Assembly (NCBI RefSeq): GCF_019880245.1
Contig: NZ_CP082286.1
Coordinates: forward strand, 676,521 to 700,520
DNA length: 24,000 bases
Origin: Halobaculum roseum
Lineage (GTDB): Archaea; Halobacteriota; Halobacteria; Halobacteriales; Haloferacaceae
Direction of reading: 5' to 3'
A program made the position numbers and the translations under genes. Below are positions 1-7,516 of the stretch, piece after piece. The notes below the pieces were generated by a model. That model was not told the origin of the DNA and did no database searches. It saw nothing but the letters and a program-made list of their open reading frames with translations. Numbering within the stretch: the first letter of the stretch is position 1; each line of letters starts with the position of its first letter.

Positions 1-587
1 GTGAAACCCTAAGACGAACCGATAATCTGCCACTGGTGTTTACTCCGTACGTTGACTCCCCCAAGAAGCAAGATACACTGGATATCACCTACGTCAAAGA
101 TGACGAGAAGGGTGTGGACGGAGGCTGAGCGTCCTCAAACATGCCGGAGTATATAGTTTGACATAAATTCTACAATAAATGACGATTCCTCGTTCATGCA
201 TTCTTCCGACGACTGTTATCCCAGTTATGAAGAGCAAGCAGACGAAGAACAGACTTCTGATGCACCCATCATACATTAAGCACAAAACGTGAGCGGGAAC
301 TGGACTTCGCACTCGCGATTTTTCCTCCCGCCCATTAACCGGGGTGAAACATGGAGATGTTGTCCGGATACACGTGATGAATGTTCCAGTTGATCACACA
401 TCGATACAGTTCGAACGTCGCTACCGTAACGGTCATTAATAATTTCACTCCGTGAGTGAGAAGTACTGATCGGGAGGTGCAGTAAAACAATGAGATCTGG
501 CTTTGTCTACCGGGTTACTATAGCACGTTAGATATATATGAGTGTGGTTCTGACCAAGATAACAAGTTAGTCTAGCATCTTTATAAA

Positions 588-2432
588 ATGAATTTCTTAT
601 TACAAACGGCAACAATCGTCCAGAGATCATGGGAGCGTCTACTGTTACTGCTAGGGGAAATATTCCTTATTGCATCAATTCTGTCAATCAGACATTCTAT
701 TGCCAACGAGTATATGTTATCAGTATACCAAGAAGCATCTTCACATTCAATTGGGCTGTTGGTGGCGGCCTCATTCATTTTTATTACGGTGATGTTTCTT
801 TCTGAATCTAAATTCAGCCGTTATTTATCTGCAGCATCATTGTCTTTAGTAACAATCTGTATAGTCAGCTTTCCAATTATAATGGGATACAACTTTATGG
901 GGGTGGGTGATCCACTCACCCATCTAGGATACACTAGGGATATAATCGCCGGGGTTCCTGATCTAATACCGAGTTATCTATTATATCCAGGGTTGCACAT
1001 ATTTGCAGCTACCATACACTTTATTATTGGATCACAATTGGAACACACTTTTTTATTAATCCCAATCCTATTCATAGTCTGTTTTATAGTTCATGTTGTT
1101 GTCTTAATTAGAGCAATTACTAATAGACGTGAAGTGATAGTTATAGCAGTTTTCTCAAGCTCTTTACTATTGCCAGTCAATAACTTCGGGATCCATCTTC
1201 TATCACAACCTGGGAGTGTAGCTGTGTGGTTTTCGCCTGTTTTACTGTATGCTTTGGTTAAGTATGTCAGTACTCCGGAAGTGAGATTTAAAATGATGTT
1301 CATAATTGCTTATACCGCACTTGTCTTAATTCATCCAAGACAGGCACTTTACGTATTAGTTTTCTATATTCCGTTTATAATCTCAGTCCAATATATAAAC
1401 AAACAAAAATCTAGTAGCTTATTGCCGTCTATGAGCCTGCATAACATGGTAGGAGATATATTAACGATATTGATTATTTGGTTGTCGTGGAATATTCACA
1501 CCCGTACATTCATAACTCAGGGGGCGTCAAGGCTCATCGAGCTTGTTTATATTTCCGATGTGGAAGGTGCTAATAAAATATCGGGTGCCGCTACATCACT
1601 GGATAATTACGGATCTAGTATTTTTGAGTTGTTTCTCAAACTGTTCTTTGTAGACCTGTTATTTGTTTTGGCATCAACTGCCTTGATGCTATTAACGGTT
1701 AGGAGATTTTACCTAGAACATATGAGATCCAAAACCAACACATTAAGTCCAAGAGAAATAATTGTGATAGGATTTATCCCCGGATTGGGTGGTATAACCT
1801 TGCTATTTTTGATCTACTTAATGCTAAGTCCGGGAGCCTACTTTCGAATTCAAGGATTTGCTATGGTACTTGTAACAATAATTGGAACCTTAGCGATCCA
1901 TACGATATGGGAAGGGACTAACCTACAAGTCGATAAAAGGAACATGAGAATAATAGTCGTGGGCGTACTGATATTTATGTATCTCTTATCTATTCCGATT
2001 ATGCATTCATCACCATATATATACAAATCAAATCAAAAAGTTTCAGAATCCTCGATCACAGGACATGAGTTTTCATTCACAAATAGCAATGACGACATAC
2101 AATTTGTCGGGGATGCACCTCCGGACCGCTATCGAAATGCAATATTCGGCACAATAAAGAGTAGCCGGGGACTGGGCGTTGCTAAAAATATCCAGGTTAT
2201 CGACTACGAGTATAATAGAGGTAGAGTACCATTCCATTTTGCAAACCAATCTTTGAATTCCCATTACAATAGTGAAAGATATCTAACAATCCAAGAGAGA
2301 GAAATAAAAAAGAATACGCAGTTATACGAAGGATCGGGGTACTCGAAGAGTGACTACAAATACCTTAATAATAACAGGAAGATTGATAAAATATATGATA
2401 ATCGCGGATTTAGGCTCTATATAGTAGAATAA
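588..2432 (+). CDS. Polytopic integral membrane protein (many TM segments plus a ~150-aa hydrophilic C-terminal domain); candidate glycan polymerase or GT-C-like transferase of the adjacent sugar cluster
   Basis: 614-aa ATG ORF, by far the longest in its region. It has repeated 18-25 aa hydrophobic stretches (LLLLLGEIFLIASILSI, VAASFIFITVMFL, FIVCFIVHVVVLI, FVDLLFVLASTALMLL, IIVVGVLIFMYLLSIPI) followed by a polar tail. No family-diagnostic motif was recognised by eye, so the function is inferred from context only. Confidence 0.75.
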   Translation: MNFLLQTATIVQRSWERLLLLLGEIFLIASILSIRHSIANEYMLSVYQEASSHSIGLLVAASFIFITVMFLSESKFSRYLSAASLSLVTICIVSFPIIMGYNFMGVGDPLTHLGYTRDIIAGVPDLIPSYLLYPGLHIFAATIHFIIGSQLEHTFLLIPILFIVCFIVHVVVLIRAITNRREVIVIAVFSSSLLLPVNNFGIHLLSQPGSVAVWFSPVLLYALVKYVSTPEVRFKMMFIIAYTALVLIHPRQALYVLVFYIPFIISVQYINKQKSSSLLPSMSLHNMVGDILTILIIWLSWNIHTRTFITQGASRLIELVYISDVEGANKISGAATSLDNYGSSIFELFLKLFFVDLLFVLASTALMLLTVRRFYLEHMRSKTNTLSPREIIVIGFIPGLGGITLLFLIYLMLSPGAYFRIQGFAMVLVTIIGTLAIHTIWEGTNLQVDKRNMRIIVVGVLIFMYLLSIPIMHSSPYIYKSNQKVSESSITGHEFSFTNSNDDIQFVGDAPPDRYRNAIFGTIKSSRGLGVAKNIQVIDYEYNRGRVPFHFANQSLNSHYNSERYLTIQEREIKKNTQLYEGSGYSKSDYKYLNNNRKIDKIYDNRGFRLYIVE

Positions 2433-2852
2433 TATTGCCCCGCATTCTGATAGCGTTCGACTTGACATTCGAGGACATCTTGGTCGATAGAACCGTTCGC
2501 GTAGAAGTCAAGAACACCTAAGAGAAGTCTCATCCCGAAGTTATGACTTCCAACCGATCAAATATGTGCTTGATCCTGCCGTCCTTTCCAATGGAGAGAT
2601 GCGATTCAGCTCTAACTCTTGGATCATTTGGGAGATACCACTATAAACTGTGATACCCAGAGTCAGATAGCGTCTATTCTTCGGAAGTCCCGCTAGTGCA
2701 GCATCACGAATATCACGGTCTTAGGGAATACAGTAGAGTGAAACCCAGAATCGCTTAATCGACATCATTGCTATATTAATTCCGGAGAAACCGGATGTCT
2801 CTACTGAATTAATAGAGTAAAACTTATCATTACTGGTGTCCAGTTTTCTCAA

Positions 2853-2858
2853 GAGGAG
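2853..2858 (+). promoter_or_regulatory. Shine-Dalgarno-like GAGGAG 5 nt upstream of the kdsC-kdsB ATG
   Basis: Sequence aagAGGAGatcacATG. It is complementary to the conserved 16S 3' end motif, and the spacing is typical for an SD-led first gene of an operon. Confidence 0.4.
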
Positions 2859-2863
2859 ATCAC

Positions 2864-4057
2864 ATGGGCCAGTTAGTTTTTTCTGATGTAGATGGAGTCC
2901 TCACAAATTCGAAAATTAATATTGGCGACGATGGTGAGGCTTTCAAAACATTCGATGTGAAAGACGGATATAAAATCACACAATGGCTTGAACAAGACGG
3001 TTGCGACTTCGTAATTATTACTTCAAGGGAGTCTCAAGCTGTCACAAATCGAGCCTCCGAATTGGGAGTGGATGAAGTTCACCAAGGCGTGAATGATAAA
3101 AAAGAAAAAGTTAAATCAATCGCGTCTCGCCTCGGGTTCAGTCTGGAGAGCACAGTTTATATTGGCGATGATCTGACGGACGTAGACGCGATAGAAACTG
3201 TCGGAACGGGTTGTTGTCCTGCCGACGCAGTTCAGGAAGTCAAAAAGAAGTGTTCATACGTCAGCCGGTATGATGGTGGAAACGGAGCCGTTCGGAATAT
3301 TTTGAATTACATAATGGAAGTGTCTCAAACGACGGTTGGCATTATTCCAGCTCGTTATGGATCAACAAGACTCCCTGGTAAACCATTAATCGAAATCGCT
3401 GGTAAACCTATGATTCAGCACGTCTACGAGCGTGCGAACAACGCTGCGTCGCTCGACGACCTCATCGTCGCAACAGATGATGAACGTATTATTGAGGCAG
3501 TCGAGTCTATTGGCGGCTCTGTGATGATGACAGACCCTGATCATTTAACTGGAACAGATCGGGTGGCAGAGGTCGCAGCGAACGTCAAAGCTGACTTCAC
3601 AATCAATATCCAAGGCGACGAACCACTAATCGATCCGGTTGTCATCGACGATATTGTGATGGCGCTTCAAGATAACTCTCCGAAAGTCGCAACGCCAATT
3701 TCCCCGATCAAAGACGAATCGCTCCTTGAGGATGAGAACACGGTTAAGGTGGTAACCGATAATGATGGTAAAGCACTCTACTTTTCACGGTCGAAAATAC
3801 CGTCCGGCGGGGAAACAGGCACAACATATAAGCACATTGGATTATATGGTTACGAAACAGGAATGTTACTTGACTACATCGATATGGAGTCAGATCTTGA
3901 ATCAGCTGAAGACTTAGAACAGCTTCGACTACTCGAAAACGGATACGAGATACAGACCGTGGAGACCGGCTACGACTCAAAAGAGGTCAACGTTGAAAGC
4001 GATATACCTGTAGTGGAGAAACAACTACAGCAAGAACATAAAAATGAAAATCAGTGA
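2864..4057 (+). CDS. kdsB: Bifunctional Kdo-8-phosphate phosphatase (KdsC, HAD) / CMP-Kdo synthetase (KdsB, 3-deoxy-manno-octulosonate cytidylyltransferase) fusion
   Basis: The N-terminal ~150 aa carry HAD/KdsC motifs (FSDVDGVLTNSKI, FKTFDVKDGYKI, IITSRES, YIGDDLTDVDA, GGNGAVRNIL). The C-terminal ~240 aa align by eye along the whole length of E. coli KdsB (GIIPARYGSTRLPGKPL, GKPMIQHVYERA, VATDDERI, GTDRVAEV, NIQGDEPLIDP, LYFSRSKIP, HIGLYGY, LEQLRLLENGY). Confidence 0.93.
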   Translation: MGQLVFSDVDGVLTNSKINIGDDGEAFKTFDVKDGYKITQWLEQDGCDFVIITSRESQAVTNRASELGVDEVHQGVNDKKEKVKSIASRLGFSLESTVYIGDDLTDVDAIETVGTGCCPADAVQEVKKKCSYVSRYDGGNGAVRNILNYIMEVSQTTVGIIPARYGSTRLPGKPLIEIAGKPMIQHVYERANNAASLDDLIVATDDERIIEAVESIGGSVMMTDPDHLTGTDRVAEVAANVKADFTINIQGDEPLIDPVVIDDIVMALQDNSPKVATPISPIKDESLLEDENTVKVVTDNDGKALYFSRSKIPSGGETGTTYKHIGLYGYETGMLLDYIDMESDLESAEDLEQLRLLENGYEIQTVETGYDSKEVNVESDIPVVEKQLQQEHKNENQ

Positions 4058-4862
4058 TAATTTCATAGCCTCGAATGAGGGTTCGTTCTTCCTAATCGCA
4101 GGGCCATGTGTAATCGAATCAGAAGAACAGGTAATGGAAACAGCGCATAAACTGAGCAAAATCACGGACCGTCACGAAATTGACTTGATATTCAAGAGCT
4201 CGTTTGATAAAGCAAACCGGTCATCAATCAGTTCCTACCGCGGCCCTGGAATGGAACGAGGGCTGGAAATCCTTCAGCAGGTTAAAGATGAGTACGATCT
4301 TCCGGTAATAACAGATTTTCACGTTCCTGAACAAGCTGCACGGGTCGCAGAAGTGGTTGACGTTCTCCAAGTGCCTGCGTTCCTCTCACGACAAACCGAT
4401 ATGCTTACTGCTGCCGGAAAAACAGGTCTGCCGATCCATGTAAAAAAAGGGCAGTTCCTCTCAGCGGACGGAATGGATAATGTCATCAACAAAATAGAAT
4501 CCACAGGGAATGAACAGATCATGCTCTGTGAACGCGGTGAGATGTTCGGATACAACAATCTCGTCGTGGATATGCGGAATCTAGACATCATGAAAGAACT
4601 CGACAAGCCGGTCGTTTTTGATACGACACATTCGGTACAACGTCCGGGCGCACGCGGTGACTCCAGCGGCGGCGACCGTCGGTTTGCACCGACATTGGCT
4701 CGAGCAGCACTCAGTGCGGGAGTAGCAGGTATTTTCGCGGAGGTACATCCGAATCCACCGTCAGCGAAATGTGACGCCGCTACTCAGCTTCCCCTCAATG
4801 AATTTGAATCGCTTGTCAATCAGTGGAAAGCGATTGATGAAACGGTTAAAAATGGCAAGTAA
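4044..4862 (+). CDS. kdsA: 2-dehydro-3-deoxyphosphooctonate aldolase (Kdo-8-phosphate synthase), Cys-type (metal-dependent class)
   Basis: Near full-length by-eye alignment to KdsA: LIAGPCVIES, FKSSFDKANRSSISSYRGPG, ITDFHVPEQA, VDVLQVPAFLSRQTD, HVKKGQFLS, CERG..FGYNNLVVDMRNL, VFDTTHSVQRPG, SGGDRRF, GIFAEVHPNP..AKCDAATQLPL. The ATG overlaps the kdsC-kdsB stop by 14 nt. Confidence 0.95.
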   Translation: MKISDNFIASNEGSFFLIAGPCVIESEEQVMETAHKLSKITDRHEIDLIFKSSFDKANRSSISSYRGPGMERGLEILQQVKDEYDLPVITDFHVPEQAARVAEVVDVLQVPAFLSRQTDMLTAAGKTGLPIHVKKGQFLSADGMDNVINKIESTGNEQIMLCERGEMFGYNNLVVDMRNLDIMKELDKPVVFDTTHSVQRPGARGDSSGGDRRFAPTLARAALSAGVAGIFAEVHPNPPSAKCDAATQLPLNEFESLVNQWKAIDETVKNGK

Positions 4863-5844
4863 GGAGCAACAAGCAGGGGACGATGAGATTAGAGATGCTA
4901 TCTCCAAGGCCATTTTCGAGCAATCTAAATCTATCAAGACCCTCAACAATAAGGGAACAATTGAGCAGATCTGCCGTGTTGCCCTTGAAATAGACGATAC
5001 CGATGGTCGAATCGCTTTCTCAGGAATCGGTAAGTCCGGCGATGTCGGCAAGAAGATCGTTGACACATTCAACAGTATCGGAGTGACTTCACATTTCGTC
5101 CATCCTGTTGAGGCACTTCACGGGGATATTGGAGCGCTATCCTCGGGGGATGTGATGATACTTATCTCGAACAGCGGCAATACCGAAGAAATGGTGGAAT
5201 TATTAAAGTTTTCCGAGTATTTCGGGCCAACGACAGTTTCCATCACGTCTAATCCGGATTCTGAACTTGCACAACAATCAGAGTTCCATATCAATACAAA
5301 AGTGAGTAACGAAGGAGCCGTAGTTGACCTTGTTCCGATGGCAAGTGCCACAGTCACGATGGTTATTGGGGATTGTCTCGCAAATGCGCTGATGACGATG
5401 CAAGACTTCGACAAAACCCAGTATGGGCACTTCCATCCTAGCGGTACGATTGGCAAGCGGCTTTTATTAAATGTGAGTGACCTACTTTATAAAGATATTC
5501 CACGAACAAAGCCATCTGACACGCTAGGTAAAGCCATCGTTCACATGAGTGAGGGTGAGAAGGGGATCGCGGTCATTCGTGATGACCAAGATCTCGTCCA
5601 GGGAATTTTAACAGATGGAGATATACGACGTCTTGTTGAGTCTGGAACTGATTTTAACGGTGTGACCGCAGAGGAAGTCATGACCACTGACCCAGTTGCT
5701 GTATCACGTGATGATTCCGCTATCAAAGCCTTAGAAACTATCGAGAAACATGACATTACACAGGCTCTCGTTACAACCGACGAAGGGAGATTTGAGGGAG
5801 TAATACATTTACATGATATAATGGACGAAGGGCTATCTAACTAG
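4852..5844 (+). CDS. kdsD: Arabinose-5-phosphate isomerase (KdsD/KpsF type: SIS domain + tandem CBS)
   Basis: SIS motifs are present (FSGIGKSGDVGKKI, FVHPVEALHGDIG, ISNSGNTEE, GHFHPSGTIGKRLL), followed by two CBS repeats (GILTDGDIRR, GVIHLHDI). The listed ORF starts at 4771, but the ATG at 4852 (MASKEQQ...) overlaps the kdsA stop (aATGgcaagTAA), and homology begins after it, so 4852 is preferred. Confidence 0.92.
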   Translation: MASKEQQAGDDEIRDAISKAIFEQSKSIKTLNNKGTIEQICRVALEIDDTDGRIAFSGIGKSGDVGKKIVDTFNSIGVTSHFVHPVEALHGDIGALSSGDVMILISNSGNTEEMVELLKFSEYFGPTTVSITSNPDSELAQQSEFHINTKVSNEGAVVDLVPMASATVTMVIGDCLANALMTMQDFDKTQYGHFHPSGTIGKRLLLNVSDLLYKDIPRTKPSDTLGKAIVHMSEGEKGIAVIRDDQDLVQGILTDGDIRRLVESGTDFNGVTAEEVMTTDPVAVSRDDSAIKALETIEKHDITQALVTTDEGRFEGVIHLHDIMDEGLSN

Positions 5845-6026
5845 CTATTCCTATTAAATATTATAGTGATGGTTTATTCGACAAATCTTAAATATGCTGT
5901 GTTGGTTACCAAATTCGTGATAGGCTTGTGATTGTCGCTACGACTCTTTAACCGGTATGCGATATCTTCACCCGAGGCCTTTTATTGAACACAACATTTA
6001 TATATTAAACTTTACTTGATACAGCC

Positions 6027-6899
6027 ATGAGCAAATTTGAGCGTTTTATTCAAATTACAAGAGAAGAAGGTTTTTTTGAAGCACTAAACCGGGGCTTAAT
6101 ATTTGGTGCTAATCAGTTGCCTGGATGCATTTGGTCACCATTCATTATTTATTCATTATATAAAGATGGTAGAGAGATTCAAGACATAAAGTATTTGTTA
6201 GATAATAGCAGGGATCGGCATGATGCCTTAGTAGGTCCGAATCTATTATATTCTTATTCATCGTATCCAGGATTACGGACTCGAGCCCTGCATTACTATA
6301 GATACGTGTTAGCTACCAACTTACTCATCGGGACAGAACCGGACAGAGTTTTAGACATTGCTGCTGGAGTAAGCTATGGAACTCATATTTTGAAAGCAAA
6401 ATTAAATAGCGATTTTGAGTATATAGCAGGCGATATCTCAGCAGATGCGCTCGTCTACGGTCAAAAATATTATTCACCGGAGAGTAGCGTCCAAGCAGAC
6501 GCCCATCACTTACCACTTGATGGCGATTCAACAGACATAGTCCTATCTTTTGAGACAATGGAACACATTCCAAACGTAGACAAATATTTGACAGAGTTGA
6601 ATCGGATTGTTCGCCCCAATGGCGAGTTATTTATTAGCGTTCCAAATGATGAAGATATAGATTCAAAAGGAGATCACGACGTTAAAAAGTATCCGCATGT
6701 ACACGTGTTTGATTATGAAAAATTTCGAAATAAACTAAACAGCCATTTTCCCGAAAGGTCCCTGACCATATATGCACAAGAGCGGCCTGAGAGAGTGATA
6801 AGGCCGGGAGAGATTCTAGATTTACCTCCTGGATTTATAGAATTAGATGGTGAATGTGAAATTACAGAGCAAACAACCCTACTAGCACACGTCAACTAG
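6027..6899 (+). CDS. Class I SAM-dependent methyltransferase with a ~100-aa N-terminal extension of unknown function
   Basis: Motif I is RVLDIAAGVSYGTHIL, post-I is YIAGDISADAL, motif II is DIVLSFETMEHIPN, and motif III is LNRIVRPNGELFISVPN. Confidence 0.85.
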   Translation: MSKFERFIQITREEGFFEALNRGLIFGANQLPGCIWSPFIIYSLYKDGREIQDIKYLLDNSRDRHDALVGPNLLYSYSSYPGLRTRALHYYRYVLATNLLIGTEPDRVLDIAAGVSYGTHILKAKLNSDFEYIAGDISADALVYGQKYYSPESSVQADAHHLPLDGDSTDIVLSFETMEHIPNVDKYLTELNRIVRPNGELFISVPNDEDIDSKGDHDVKKYPHVHVFDYEKFRNKLNSHFPERSLTIYAQERPERVIRPGEILDLPPGFIELDGECEITEQTTLLAHVN

Positions 6900-7029
6900 G
6901 TCGAAGATCCTACCAAAATTACCTCTACCTCCCATATCAGCCGCGTGGTAGGGTCTCCGCAAAAATATAACCCCATCTACTAGTGACGATGGGTTGTTGT
7001 GCGGTTGTTCGAAAGCTAAAGAAGTAGTG

Positions 7030-7262
7030 CGAGCTGGATGGGTTCGATACAAAGAAAAATCACATCGTAAAGGTTCGGTTGTATACACCGATGTTGGCAC
7101 TGCTAGTAAGTCATTAGATGCTGGCGGTAGTGACGGAATATGCCGATGACCAGGCCAAAGCGCTAGGACCTTCCAGTCGCCGACCAAGCTCATCCCTACT
7201 ATCTGGATGAGTTCCCCGGCTACTCGCCACTGCCGCTGTTGGAGAACCTCATCAAGATATAG
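7030..7262 (+). pseudogene. Decayed C-terminal remnant of an IS1595-family-like transposase
   Basis: Two frames separated by stops and frameshifts read ...HRKGSVVYTDVGTASKSL... and ...ADQAHPYYLDEFPGYSPL...*. These resemble the conserved (G)xxVxTD and YLDEFxFR blocks of the IS1595 DDE C-terminus. There is no intact ORF. The 134-aa minus-strand ORF over this region looks non-coding. Confidence 0.35.
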
Positions 7263-7516
7263 AAATCCAAAGCCAACTGCCGACACTACAGGAAACCCTC
7301 AGTACCGCTACACAACCAGGGTTGGACTTTAATTAGAACGTACGACCTAAAGAATATCTGTCGATGCTGTCACCAACCGGTTTCGGTCGGTACCAGCGTT
7401 CGCATCGACTTCTGCAAGGGTAGCGTTCCGACATCCATGTGATACCCCGATGTTGGATACCAGGTTTTAGAACTTCAATAGAAAGAAATAGGTCTCTCTA
7501 ATATATTCCTATCAAC

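Noticed and set aside
3-128. Open frame running in from the left edge (…YVKDDEKGVDGG*), possibly the 3' end of an upstream gene
   Set aside because: Only 41 codons are visible and there is no recognisable motif. An open stretch of this length is not improbable by chance, so it is not reported as a feature.
94-778. Small ORFs 94-312 (-), 445-630 (-) and 581-778 (-)
   Set aside because: They are hydrophobic or Cys-rich odd peptides in AT-rich DNA. They overlap the start region of the 614-aa gene or lie in its upstream region, and nothing supports them.
2433-2863. 430-bp gap with short protein-like minus-strand fragments (e.g. MRLLLGVLDFYANGSIDQDVLECQVERYQNAGQ..., ...ISQMIQELELNRISPLERTAGSSTYLIGW...)
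   Set aside because: This is possibly a decayed gene or IS remnant, but I could not tie the fragments to any family by eye. It is mentioned only as context under the IS-remnant finding.
6882-7286. 134-aa minus-strand ORF between the methyltransferase and the sulfatase-fold gene
   Set aside because: It lies opposite the IS1595-like remnant. It has no motif, unconvincing composition and a TTG/GTG-type start. I treat the region as a decayed transposase on the plus strand instead.
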